From assembly GCA_963693365.1 (NCBI GenBank), contig CAVNZM010000015.1, positions 5,974,831-6,038,830 on the forward strand: a DNA stretch of 64,000 nucleotides. Reading direction: 5' to 3'. The notes beneath the pieces were generated by a model. The model made no database searches and was not told where the DNA came from. It worked only from the letters and a program-made list of their open reading frames with translations. The DNA comes from Amoebidium appalachense. Its lineage: Eukaryota > Protista > Ichthyosporea. Made by a program: the position numbers and the translations under genes. This document shows positions 12,973-25,121 of this stretch, piece by piece. The first letter of the stretch is position 1. Each line of letters opens with the position of its first letter.

Positions 12973-13368
12973 CAGGGCCCCGGGGGGTTAGAGTAGGGCA
13001 GCTGGGCCCAAGTGAGGGTTGGCAGGGAGGGCAGCGGGGCCCTGTGCAGGGGAATGTGCCCGAGCACGCGGGGGTGTGGGCGGACACAGAGGTAGAAGAA
13101 GGGGGGGGGGAGGGAGTGCTAGGTGAGTGTAAGGGGGGGGGGGGAGGCTCGTGGGATGGGGGGGGGGGAGTAAAATTATGTGCAGGGGCCAGAATAAACG
13201 TCTTTGTGTAGGGACATTTATTCTTGACGCGCGCGGGCGCCGTAGTTGGCCTGCGAAATTTTGTACTCAGCCCTATTGGCCCGTTCTCCCGAGCTCCGTT
13301 TCCCTGTACTCGTGTGTCCTAGCTCCTAACCCCTATGTTCTAGCTGTGTGTGTGGGTGTGCGCGTAGA

Positions 13369-14538
13369 CTAGGCATTGTGCTTGCAGTCTTTGCGGGGGT
13401 GTGTGCCAGAGCAGAGCGGGCACACGTGGGAGAAGGGGCAGGGCTGCTTAGCGCAGGACCGACCGTTAATGTGGAAATTCCTGCAGTGCGTCGCGGGTAG
13501 ATCCACGGGTCGGGCCGGTTTGGCCGGGCCGGGTTGCGGGCCAGGGCGGTTAGGGGTGTGACCCCCGCCGGGCTTGTGGGGCGGCTTAAAGCCGTCAAGA
13601 CCACAGCCGGGCTTGGGGTACATGGGGCAGGCCGCGCTGGGGTGGTCGGGGAAGCCACAGCGCTGACATGCGTCCTGGATGAGCAGGGTGGGTGGCAGGA
13701 GGAGATCCTGGTGGAGTTGGGCGAGCAGGTTGGGGCACTCGATCGGAGCCCGACCCTGCTGGTGGGCCACGGTGCGGGCGTATACGTCATAGTTGTGGAT
13801 CTGGGCCCACGGGTATCGGGTGCTGAGGCGAGTGATGTGCTGAGTCCAAAGTACGTCTTTGTCCGTGGGAAGGCCGAGGTGGTGCTTGGCGGCCATGTAA
13901 TGGGTCCAAGCTTGGATCCAAATGACGAGTGAACGCAGGGGAACGGGTTTGTCTTGGCGAAAAGTCTCGATGCTGCCGTCGTCGGCCATGCGCAGATGCT
14001 GACCTTTCTTGGATGGGGCCAGGAGGGCGGCGGGGGTGAACTTATACAGGTCGACGAAACGATTGGCGCGCAAATCTGCCAGCACATCCGCGGGGGGAAG
14101 CGGGAGTGTGCCCGGCTGAATGTCGCCAGTGTTCTCACCTGTGATGGGGGGCGCGGGCAGGGCAGGCAGGTCAAGGTCAGGGCCGAGATGCAGCCCCGGG
14201 GAAACCTCCCCGGGTGTGGAGGGCGCGGCGGGGGGCGCGGGAGGGTCGCGGTTGGTGAGAGCAGCCAGGACGCCAGCCATCTGGGTGCTGATGGCGGTGA
14301 GGGCGGCCAGGACGGCGTCTTGAGAAGTCATCTGCGGGGACGGCGGGGCCTGAGGGGGGACTTCAGGGGTGGAGGGGAGAGTAGCCGGCGGGTCCGGGTC
14401 CGTGGTGGTATGGGCCGCTGGAGGCGCGTCAGTGTCCGCGGGAGCGTTGGTCAGCCTGTGGCGGAGGTCGCTGCGGGTCAGGCGCTTAGGTGCCGCGGCA
14501 GGGGCGGCGGCTGAGGCCTGGCGCTTTTTCGGCGGCAT
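13369..14538 (-). CDS. Gag-like ORF1 of the YR retrotransposon
   Basis: 389 aa ORF; CQRCGFPDHPSAAC knuckle and C-terminal CRNFH..C..CPFSHVCPLCSGTHPRKDC zinc fingers. Confidence 0.85.
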   Translation of the reverse strand: MPPKKRQASAAAPAAAPKRLTRSDLRHRLTNAPADTDAPPAAHTTTDPDPPATLPSTPEVPPQAPPSPQMTSQDAVLAALTAISTQMAGVLAALTNRDPPAPPAAPSTPGEVSPGLHLGPDLDLPALPAPPITGENTGDIQPGTLPLPPADVLADLRANRFVDLYKFTPAALLAPSKKGQHLRMADDGSIETFRQDKPVPLRSLVIWIQAWTHYMAAKHHLGLPTDKDVLWTQHITRLSTRYPWAQIHNYDVYARTVAHQQGRAPIECPNLLAQLHQDLLLPPTLLIQDACQRCGFPDHPSAACPMYPKPGCGLDGFKPPHKPGGGHTPNRPGPQPGPAKPARPVDLPATHCRNFHINGRSCAKQPCPFSHVCPLCSGTHPRKDCKHNA

Positions 14539-14662
14539 GCTGACCGGCGTAGGGAAAGATAGGGAGAATGAAAAGGAGTGAAAAGGAATATATAGCTGTA
14601 AGGCTGTGGATGCTAAACACAGAAGATGTGTTTGTAGCTTGCTGATCTGCTAAAAACTGTCG

Positions 14663-14745
14663 TGCTTATATACCTAAGCCTACCGATCTGAACCAATCAA
14701 AAATCGATCTAGTGATATGTGAAATCTGATCCGAGCCAATCATAA
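14663..14745 (-). promoter_or_regulatory. Putative promoter in repeat A1 of the YR element
   Basis: TATATAAG on the minus strand (~14666-14673) about 130 bp upstream of the gag ATG, with two CCAAT boxes further upstream. Confidence 0.45.
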
Positions 14746-14928
14746 CTCGGTCTAGTGATCTGTGGTATCTGATGTTTTGACTGGCTAATAGGTGCCCGTG
14801 TGCGGGCAGCCAACCGCTAACTGCTAAAACACGAAATGAAGCCTACATGGTTATGTTGGTATCGAACACCCATCCTACGTGTTTACCCAGAAAAATATTT
14901 ATGTCAATAATTTCCACAAATAAAACCT

Positions 14929-17900
14929 AGCTGAGAAGTTCTTCAATGAACTCACCACCAGAGACGACCTCACCCCTGAGTTCAACCGTCTTATCGAAGA
15001 CTATCACTTCGGTGATAAGCTATTCCCCGACTTCGAGTCCCTCCACAACCACGTCAAGGGCATCGAGTTACGTCAAGACCTCAAGATGCAACTCCGGAGC
15101 AACCGTGCCCACCGTGCCTCCAAGTCCAGCATGGCATTAAATGCCAGTGCTCCCCCCCGTGATCTTCCTCGCCGTGACTTACGCAACCGACTTGACCGTA
15201 CCCCTGGCACGGACCTCCGAACTCGTCTCTCCCGTCAGCACACCCGATCCCGTTCCCCCCACCGGCCTGCCTTCCGGTCCACGTCTCGTTCCCCCAGTCG
15301 TTCCCGTTTCTCGGGTTCCCGTCGTTCTGATTCCCCGGCTCGTTCTAACACCCCGTCCGTGAAAGCATGCTCCTACTGCCACGAGCCTGATCACACGATC
15401 ATCGATTGCCCTGAGCCGAAATGCCGTATGTCCAGACACAACCGTTCCCGTCAAGGCAGTGAGAAATCTGTCTCCTTTGCTTTCTCGGCATACAATGCTA
15501 GCTCCGTCCCCGTGTCCTCCGACCCTGCCTGGGATTCCGGGTGTAACATGACTGTCTGCCCCACCCGTGAGTTCTTCCATGACCTCACTCCCCTTCCGAC
15601 ACCGACTCCCGTTGCTGCCTTCAATGGCACCCCCGTCTTGGCCACCCACACCGGCCATATCGTCATCAACACCACCACCGACCATGGCACTGCCACCCTT
15701 ACCATTGAAGCCTACTACACCCCGTCTGGCCAAGCCTTCCTCATTTCAACATCCCAAGCTGCTGCCGAATACATCAAGGGTGATTTGAATGATGCCTCCA
15801 CTCCGTCATTCCTCTTCGACCGACTCACCGGCCGTCATCTCGTCAACCTCCGTCTCCACAACGGTCTGTATTACTTCAAGGACTACACCATTCAACCACC
15901 CACTCGTCCTGTGGCTCTGGCTGCCACTACCAGTGTTAACCCATCCATCTGGCACCATCGTCTGGGGCACCGTGCTATGACCAGCATCAAGGACATGGTG
16001 AAACACGACCTTGTTATTGGTCTCCCCTCGTCTGTCCTCGACTGTGATGTTCCTGATTGTCATGGCTGCATTATGGGTAAAACCACCAAGGCTCCGTTCA
16101 AGGGTGACCGTCCTCACTCCAACATCCCCGGTCATGAATGGCATTGGGATTTTTTTGAGCCTACCACAACATCGTACGGAGGTTCCAAGGTTGCTCTCGT
16201 CACTGTCTGCCGTGCCTCTGGACTCGTCAAGATCTACCCGATGGCCGACCGTACAACCACCCTGGACATTCTCACAGCTCACACCAACCTCGTTGCTACC
16301 CATGCCCCCTCCAAAGTTGGTGTCTACCACTTCGACTCCGGCTCTGAGTTCACCTCCAAGGCTACCCGTGCTTTTTGCCTCTCCCAGGGCATCAAGGCCA
16401 GCTATGCTCCGGTGGACTGCCCTCAACTGAATGGCTACGTTGAACGTCGTATGCGGTTCCTACAAGAGATTGTTTGTTGCCTCCTCCATCAAGTCCAAGA
16501 TCAGTCTCTGTCCCCCAAACTGTGGGCTTAAGCCCTCCAACATGCCGCCTACATCATCAACGTCACCCCGTCCACGACTGCCAATGGTCGTACACCATTC
16601 GAGGTTTTCTACGGTGTCAAGCCCGACATCTCCGAGCTCAAAGTGTTCGGTTGCCCTGCCTACACTCATGTGCCAGCCTCTAAACGGACCAAGCTGGCCC
16701 CACCGTCAAACTCGGCATGTATATCGGCTATGATCTTCAATCACACTGCCACCGGATCTTCAACCCCACCACCCATCGTGTCGGCCTCTTCGGTGATGTG
16801 ATTTTCGACGAATCAGCCTATCTCCCGTCCGACATTCCCTCAACACTTCCGACCCCCGACACTACTGCTACCTCGACCACCCCACCCCCCACAGTTGACA
16901 CTGAAGATGATGTTTGTCTGGTGTACTCTGGCCCCCCTCCTGCCATCGTCGTTCCCCCGACACCCCCCCCCCACCGGCGCCCCTGCCCCCGTGCCCGTCC
17001 AGCCTGCCGACCCTCATCCTGCCCCTGGCAACGTCACACCCATCCGACCCGGCTCCCCCGACAACTTCCACTCGGCCCCGTCCAGCCCGGAGGTTGCCCC
17101 CCCTGCAATTCCGAACTTCCAAGTTCCCCCCCCCCCCGTCTCCACCTCCCCCGGTTCCTGCACCCCGTCGTTCTGCCCGTCTACAGGGCAAGGTTGGACT
17201 TCAAGCCACCACCACCCTGCCAGTCCCCCCCGGTCCCCCCATCAACATCGACCAACTACCCAAACTTGTCCGTCAACTGTGTTCCGGCCCCAATGGTGAC
17301 CAGGTCAAGTCAGCCCTCACTGCTGAGTATCAAGCCTACGTTGACAAAGACATCTTTGAACTTGTTGACCCTCCCCCTGGTGCTAACATCGTCGGCTTCA
17401 AGTGGATTGTCTCCGAGAAAACTCTCAACTCGGCTGGTGACACCAAGATCAAGGCCCGTGGTGTTGCTCAAGGCTTCAGTCAGCAATACGGTGTTGACTA
17501 TGAGTTGATTGAGAGCCCTGTCATCCGTCCGGCTGCTCTCTGTGCTATCCTAGCTCTGGCCGTTGTTGAAGGTCATGACATCCATCAACTCGACGTGTCT
17601 ACGGCCTTTCTCAACAGCCCACTCACCGAGACCATCTACATGAAACAACCCCCGGGATTCATCACCATGGCCACACTTGGCAAGGTCTGGAGACTCAAGA
17701 AAGCCCTGTACGGCCTCAAGCAGGCCTCCAAGGCTTGGTACGACTTCCTCGACGGCATTCTTCTTGCCCATGGCCTGACCCGTACTAAGACAGACCCGTG
17801 CATCTACCTCCGGTTCTTCCCCAACAACGATGTGGTTCGGGCTGGTAACTACGTCGACGACTCCACCATCACCAACACCCGGGGTTCTACTGCTGCCAGT

Positions 17901-18814
17901 GACCTGGCTGCCCACATCAGCAAGATGGCCAGCTGTCGTATGAGTCCATTTGACCGTATGCTCGGTGTTGATTTTAATCACTCTGATCCCCATCACCTCC
18001 ACATGCACCAGAGGTCTTACATCATGGATATCATCCACGACTTCAACCTCACCGATGCCAAGTCCAAGTCTACCCCCATCCCTGCAGGCACCACCGTCTC
18101 CCTGGCTGACTGCCCCCCCCAACCGTTCACCGTGCCCTACCGTGAGTTACTCGGCCGTCTCCTCTGGGTGGCCCGGTGCACACGTCCCGACATTGCCTAT
18201 GCCATCGGCTTCCTTGGTCGGTTCAGCACCAACCCCGGCAAGACTCACTGGGACCTTCTCCGTCGTGTGGCCCGGTACCTGCTCGGCACCAAGTTGACCT
18301 TGGCATTGACTACAAGTACTCGGCCACCCAGCCCCCCATACTCGAATGCTACACGGATGCTGACTTTGCTGGTTGTGCCGACAGCAAGAAGTCTACCACC
18401 GGCTACATCATCGAGTTTGCTGGTATGCCCATCATCTGGTACTCCAAGCTCCAGCCCATAACGGCCACCAGCACCACTGAAGCTGAGCTGATTGCTCTCA
18501 ATGCTGGCACCCAAGAAGTTGCTTGGGTCCGTGACCTCTTCAAGGAACTCGGCTGCCCCATGCTTGCTCCGACTCCGGTGTACTGTGACAACCAGTCGAC
18601 CATTGCCATCGTCAACTCCACCGGCATCAAGCACCGTACCAAACACATTGCCGTCCGGTATCACAACACCAAGGACTACATTGCAAGTGGGGATGTGGTT
18701 GTCCACTACGTTGAGTCAGCCCACAACTTAGCTGACATCCTCACCAAACCCCTCCCCGGCCCGAGTCATGTCACCCATCGTGCTCGACTTTGTTTACCGG
18801 ATATTGTGGATTGA
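14929..18814 (+). pseudogene. Copia gag-pol: Zn knuckle, aspartic protease, integrase, RT, RNase H; with a stop codon and frameshifts
   Basis: CSYCHEPDHTIIDC; WDSGC; WHHRLGH..CHGC; WHWD..DSGSEF..NGYVER; KARGVAQGFSQQYGVDY, HQLDVSTAFLN, YVDD; YTDADFA..TEAE..CDNQ..NLADILTK. In-frame TAA at 16529-16531 and several frameshifts (~16700, within ~16900-17200, ~18290). Confidence 0.95.
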
Positions 18815-20374
18815 CCCGTCCTACTTCAAGAGTGATTTTCTAATGTTTACTACTTACTTTATCATAATCATTATTTCATATGTATATTGACTTTGTGGGT
18901 ATGCCCACTTAGGGTTTTTATATAAGGTTTGACCTGTACCATGACTCTACTCTATCTTTCACTGGTTTAAAACCCAGTTAATCAAACCCCGACTATACAC
19001 GTTATACATATTCGTTGTTTTTGCCCCGGTTCCTTCCCCCCCCCCCCCCCCCCCCTCCCCCCCCTCCCCCCCTCCCCTCGCCCCCTTCCCCCCCCCCCCC
19101 CTTCCCCCCCCCCCCCCCCCCCCCCTCCCCCCCCCCCTTCTCCCCCCCCCCCCCTCCCCCCCCCCCCCCCCCCCGGGAAAAGTACACACTTTAATTTTTT
19201 TTCCGTTTCTGTTCTCAAGTGGGGAGATTTCACTAGTTCAGTGGGGATATGATAACACAAACTTCAAAGTCTTAAGTGGGGATGTTGTAATACGTAGTAT
19301 TTACATATGGTAAGATCTTCTCAGTTTGTGTTATGTTTCAGTTCATATGCTTAGTGTAAATGCCACACTCCTATTATGTAAAGTGTAGCATCGATCTCCG
19401 ATATGCTTGTATACTTGTAATCGTGTTGTATCGGCTTTAATCGTGTGTTGTAATATCGATTAGAATATTTATATGTGTGTACACGGATCCACCCACTCAG
19501 GGAGAGACGTGTACATGTTCGTGTGTACATAAATATCTCTGGTTATAGTTATGCTATTACTATCTTGTTTGGTGATCTGTGCTCTCTTTTCCTTCCTCTT
19601 TCTCCTTCCTTCTTTTCTTTCCTTTCTCTCCTTGTCTTCATGTTTATAATCGTATTTCTTTTCTACTAATATATGTTAGGTAGATTTGTGTTACTTAATA
19701 CGTGTTCATTGGACGGTAACACACTTAGGCTACACTTAGAATAGCATGTGTGTTTAGACTTCATTAATTTACTTTAGTTTTCATGTGTTGCCGGGCTTTA
19801 ACCAATCATCAAGGTTAAGTGTGATATGTCTGAGTCTTTGCAGTATGTCATAGGTTAGAACTTCCTTGATGATGACACGAGTTGACCTTAACTAGTGTCT
19901 ATGTCCTATCGTGTACGTCTCCGCGTACCGGATCTCTCTGAAAGCAATTGGTTCTTAGTGATTGGTTTCTATTAGAGATAGATCTGATTTCCGACTGGTC
20001 GGAAATCATGTATGGATTGGACTTAGAGGAATTTCAGGTATTTATTCGAAGATCAGAATAAATTCAGTTCAGTCGTGTCTAAACATTGATGTCTGTTGTG
20101 TACACTGCTCCGATCGTTCCGTGTTTTGTTGTTGTGTGTGTCTGTGGTGTTTTTACACTGCACCACTGTGTCTCTGCTTTCATCCCAAATACTTATATGA
20201 TTTAACACCCACCCTCCCTCCCCCCTCCCCCCTCCCTCCCTCCCTCCCAACCATCCCTCCCTCCCTCCCTCCGTCCCTCCCTCCGTCCCTCCCTCCCCCC
20301 TCCCTCCCTCCCTCCCAACCATCCCTCCCTCCCTCCCCCCGTCCCTCCGTCCCTCCGTCCCTCCCTCCCTCCTT

Positions 20375-20415
<41 letters not shown>

Positions 20416-20451
20416 CACACACACACATGCACATGCACATGCACATGCACC

Positions 20452-22200
20452 CGTTGTAGCATAGAACCCCCCTTGTAGCATAGTATATGTACTGTAAACA
20501 TGGTTGTGTATATTGTCGGACAGACTACGGGAGTCGCGCCCTGTAGTTAGTCGTGCTTACTGACCAATCAAAATGGTTGGTCGGGAAGCAGCGGCGTTGT
20601 CCCACAATCGCACGGCGAACTGTCCCCTATAAAAGGCGGCAGTATCAGCCAGATCCAATCAGTCCTGGACTCGAATCGATGAGTGCCGAGGATAAGATCC
20701 CATCTCAAGATTGATCAGATCCCATACTGTAAAAGCAATCTGCGCTGCCGCTATGATACACAACCAAATTTACATTGGCGACCGCGGCAGGACCCAAGGG
20801 GGCTGTTGGTCGGAGGGCCACGCCTGTATAACTTTGGGTGGAGCCGTTCGCGGGCTGCTACGACCTTGCCGGTGGGGTGTAGCGCGCGACTCCCCAACGG
20901 GAGGGGAGATGTAAACATGGTTGTGTATATTGTCGGACAGACTACGGGAGTCGCGCCCTGTAGTTAGTCGTGCTTACTGACCAATCAAAATGGTTGGTCG
21001 GGAAGCAGCGGCGTTGTCCCACAATCGCACGGCGAACTGTCCCCTATAAAAGGCGGCAGTATCAGCCAGATCCAATCAGTTGGGAACATGCCTGGACTCG
21101 AATCGATGAGTGCCGAGGATAAGATCCCATCTCAAGATTGATCAAATCCCATACTGTAAAAGCAATCTGCTTAAAAGGGTTTAGGGTTCAATCTGCGCTG
21201 CCGCTATGATACACAACCAAATTTACAGTACATATGTTACCTAGACATTATTGGGTTTTCAATAACTACCCACAGAACAGCCTCTAGCACGAGAAATTTA
21301 CCACAAAGTTTATGGGGGGGATGGTAAATGTGCCCCTGGAGTACGAGGGTCACACGAAAAAAGCACAACGTTGTAGCTCGTATAGAACCCCCCTTGTAGC
21401 ATAGTATATGTCCATGTGTTACCTCAGTAGACATTTATGGTTTTTTCAATAACTACCAACAGAACAGCCTCTAGCACGAGAATTTTACCACAAAGTTTAT
21501 GGGGGGGATGGTAAATGTGCCCCTGGAGTACGAGGGTCACACGAAAAAAACACAACGTTGTAGCTCGAATAGAACCCCCCTTGTAGCATAGTATATGTAC
21601 ATGTGTTGCTTACACATTAAGTTGGTTTTTTCAATAACTACCCACAGAACAGCTTCTAGCACGAGAAATTTACCACACAGTTTATGGGGGGGATGGGGAA
21701 TGTGCCCCTGGAGTACGAGGGTCACACAAAAAAAAACACAACGTTGTAGCTCGTATAGAACCCCCCTTGTAGCATAGAATATGTACATATGTTACCTAGA
21801 CATTATTGGTTTTTTCAATAACTACCCACAGAACAGCTTCTAGCACGAGAAAGTTACCACACAGTTTATGGGGGGGATGGGGAATGTGCCCCTGGAGTGC
21901 GAGGGTCACACGAAAAAAACACAACGTTGTAGCTCGTATAGAACCCCCCTTGTAGCATAGTATATGTACATATGTTACTTGCACATTATTGGTTTTTTCA
22001 ATAACTACCCACAGAACAGCTTCTGGCACGAGAAATTTACCACAAAGTTTATGGGGGGGATGGTGAGTGTGCCTCTGGAGTACGAGGGTCACCCGAAAAA
22101 AACACAACATTGTAGCCCGGATTGAAACCCCCTTTGTACCATATACATCATATATCATGCAGCATGTGTTACTTTCGCGTTATTGGTTTCCTAGCACGAG
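20452..22200. repeat. ~184-bp satellite, about 5.5 copies (first unit interrupted by the TRIM)
   Basis: acaacgttgtagctcgtatagaaccccccttgtagcatag unit at ~21365, 21552, 21738, 21921, 22104. Confidence 0.9.
20493..21227 (+). mobile_element. TRIM (miniature non-autonomous LTR retrotransposon)
   Basis: LTRs 20493-20774 and 20910-21227 with TGTAAA..TTTACA inverted termini; PBS TGGCGACCGCGGCAGGA (20776-20792); PPT GGGAGGGGAGA; 135-bp internal region; TSD GTAC (20489-20492, 21228-21231). Confidence 0.92.
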
Positions 22201-23399
22201 ATATTCAGCACACAGTTGGGGTTGTGGGGGCAGTGTACACCTACAATATCAGGGGTACCGCGTGGCAAAAACACCCCCCCAGGGGGGGGGGGGGGTCACG
22301 CGTGCGATGGTGCACTAGTTATTACGTCAACTAGGCAGGGTATAGCATGAACGTTATTATATGTGCTGCTGAGTTTCTTTGGTTGTACACCCGTCACCAG
22401 TCAATTTGTTGGTGTTGGCGCCCACCTATGACACCACCTCGGAAGACTGGGTCACGTGGAGGACACGTAACTATAGTCTGATAGTTGTGACTAAGGGCAC
22501 CGCTAAGGGCACCAAGCTGATGCACGCGCGCGCGCGAGCCGAAATCTATTTTTATCTTTTCCCTAATCAGGCGCGGCGGTTACTAAACCGAACTATAGCA
22601 AATAGCAAATAGTGATTGGCTAAACCCAATCCGGTTTGCAATTTTTTGTCCGTTTAAGCCTGTACGCACGTTGTTTGCTCCATTTCTTTTCCCCCTTCCC
22701 GCAGGTCCGCAGTTCCGCAGGTCCCTTCCCGCAGGTCGCCTGGTCGCAGTTCCCTTCCCGCAGATCGCCTGGTCACAGGTCCCCTCCGCAGGTCGCGCAG
22801 CCACCGTGCTGAATGGTTTCGACCATGCTGCATGCTGAAGCATCTTCGCCTAACGGCTGAAAGGCCGTTTGAAGGTTAGTTTTGTGTTGCCTGCTTTTGT
22901 GCATATGGCGTTTGTCTGTCTGGTCTGTGTCCGTGCCTGTGATTATATCTGTGTCTGTGTCTGTGTCTGTGTGCGTGTGTGTGTATGTGTGTGTGTGTGC
23001 GTGCGTGTGCGTGTGATCTGCTGGCTGCAGATGCACGTTGCCTTTTCACGTTCATGAACCAGCGACTGTGGGCACTACTTTTCCTGTTAGCACTATAGCT
23101 ATCATCCCCTCCACCAGTCGTTCAAGCTATTTTCTGCTTCTCTAGACTTCATAAGTTTGTGCTTTTGTCTTTCAGCACAACGTACGCGTGTTTCACATGT
23201 TAGCATTTAGTGTTATTCATTCATTCTAACCCCCCCCAACCCCCCCCCCCCAAACACACACACACACTCACTCACTCACTTCCCCACCCACACATACAAA
23301 AAAACACACACACACCAAAAGCCCCTCCCATCCCCCCCCCTCCCCCCCCTCCCCCCCCTTCCAAAAAACTATCAAATGCCTCCATGCCCACCAACACAG

Positions 23400-23681
23400 A
23401 TGTTCCAGGTTTCCCCTGTCAATGCCGCCGACCCCGACAAGTTGGCAGACCAGGTTAGGTGCCGCAAGAAGACGTGGGAGGGGTGGTTGGTGGAGGTTCA
23501 AGTTGAGTGCAACAACCATCCCTGTGGCCGCATGTACAGCGTCGATCCGGTGAGGGGCAACCCATGGGGCAACCCCGCCCTTCACCGCATCATGTGCATG
23601 CCCCCCATCAACGGCTCCTACATCAAGAACCGCCTCAGCAGCTTCAAGACACTAAACGTTTGTGCCCATCCCCCCCCCCCC

Positions 23682-23712
<31 letters not shown>

Positions 23713-24310
23713 ACACCACACCCCAATCAAAGACGAAATCTTCTCATGCTGCTTTTTTTAACATGCTTATTCATGTTTAATGTTGTTGTTCTTCCTTATT
23801 GGTTCATTCTTAATGCACTGTGACCCCCCCCCCCCCCCCACACACACACACACACACTCACTCCCACTCCCTCCCTCCCACCTCCCCCTGTTGTCCCACG
23901 TACAAATCACCAACACATAACCACACAAGACATCAAATCCTTATCACTCAGAGAAACGGTACATGCATGGTTATCCAGTATCCATTCAGCTTCCCACTTC
24001 CTCAAGTCATTTCAGATTTTTCATTGTCGAATTCGGTTTTATTTGCTGCTAATGGAGAATACCCCCTTTCCTCATCACCACATACACACATGCTTACGTG
24101 TACGTACACGCAACACACACACCAACACCCACACAGGAGTTTCAAAAGGCGTTGCCCGAGCTCTTAAGCTTCATGCTCCACACATTTGAGTGCGGACTGC
24201 GGGATCCAATGGCCCACAAGTCTGCCACTCAGATTTCGTGGTCAGCTGTGAAGTATGGAGCTGACATGCCTGACTACGAGGGTGGTGCTCGGCCATCAGA
24301 GATCAGCAAG
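23400..24310 (+). CDS. Two exons of a hypothetical protein (23400-23657, 24137-24310)
   Basis: cag|...|gt boundaries joining in frame: MFQVSPVNAADPDKLADQVRCRKKTWEGW...FKTLN / EFQKALPELLSF...SEISK; no family recognised. Confidence 0.5.
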
Positions 24311-24349
24311 GTAAACAACTACCCCCCCCCCCCCCCCCCTTGCGTCCTC

Positions 24350-24490
24350 CCTGAGGATGGGCTCTGCTTATGACGCATACTGTGCACATGGCTGATGTTG
24401 CGTGCTTGAATGTTTGCCTTTGCATGTGTCCTGCACCATGCTTCTCATCGTGTATGCGTATTTCGTACCGTATTCTGCATTCAAACCCCC
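24350..24490. repeat. Dispersed ~140-bp element beside poly-C tracts (copies at 38099-38238, 43770-43887, partial ~51270-51305)
   Basis: tgaggatgggctctgcttatgacgcatactgtgc...cgtaccgt..gcattcaaacc near-identical in three places, same orientation. Confidence 0.88.
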
Positions 24491-25046
24491 CCCCCCCCCC
24501 CCCATCATTGTGTTTTAGCTCCCGTCCGAAAGACAACGTATGGATATCGAAATGATGATATTGATAAGTCGTATGTATGGGTTACGTATCATCGTAGTGT
24601 TTTAGGATATCTCCTAAGCATGGGCAAGTATCATCCTATCATGTCATCTTTAGGTTTGGTATGGTAACATTGTGATAGCATTTTTCCCAGGTACATACAT
24701 GCTCAGGCTAGCCAGAAAAGTTAAAAACACTCACACAATCTCCTTCTGTCCCAACCCAGTATGCAAAGACCTGGGAAAAGATGCAAGGTCCGGGAGAAGG
24801 CAGTCCTGAGCCTGTCAGCAGAAAGGCGATGTGGGTGGGAGGGTTGAGGATGATTAGAATGAGGAGGAATAGGGAAAGACCCCCCCCCCCCCCCCCCCCC
24901 CCGGAGGAAAAAAAAAAAAGAATTAATACTTAGTTTATGTCTCTTTTGGTGTAGTCCCGGCCTCTGCTAGGCTACGACCTGTTTATTAGATGTATTGATT
25001 GGCTTGAGAAACACATCACTACAAAATTATAGCGCACGCGCACACA

Positions 25047-25121
<75 letters not shown>

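Larger units (their letters stand above)
9472..14928 (-). mobile_element. Ngaro-type (DIRS order) tyrosine-recombinase retrotransposon with split direct repeats
   Basis: Repeat A 14578-14928 = 9692-10042 (351 bp, one mismatch seen); repeat B 10043-10131 = 9474-9562. Minus-strand order A1-gag-RT/RH-YR-B1-A2-spacer-B2; no methyltransferase domain seen; no TSD beyond a shared CT. Confidence 0.93.
8397..20207 (+). mobile_element. Ty1/Copia LTR retrotransposon, interrupted by a nested YR retrotransposon
   Basis: LTRs 8397-8999 and 19283-20207 (both end TTAACA; 3' copy starts TGTTGTAA after PPT aagtgggga); 5-bp TSD CCCAC at 8392-8396 and 20208-20212; domain order gag-PR-IN-RT-RH. Confidence 0.93.

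Noticed and set aside
19034-19175. Poly-Pro/Gly ORFs or G-quadruplex system from C/G homopolymers
   Set aside because: Such runs also interrupt conserved coding regions (11222, 12932, 27331); lengths are likely inflated by consensus error
20493-21227. Retrozyme (hammerhead-bearing LTR element)
   Set aside because: No CUGANGA plus GAAA core found on either strand of the LTRs
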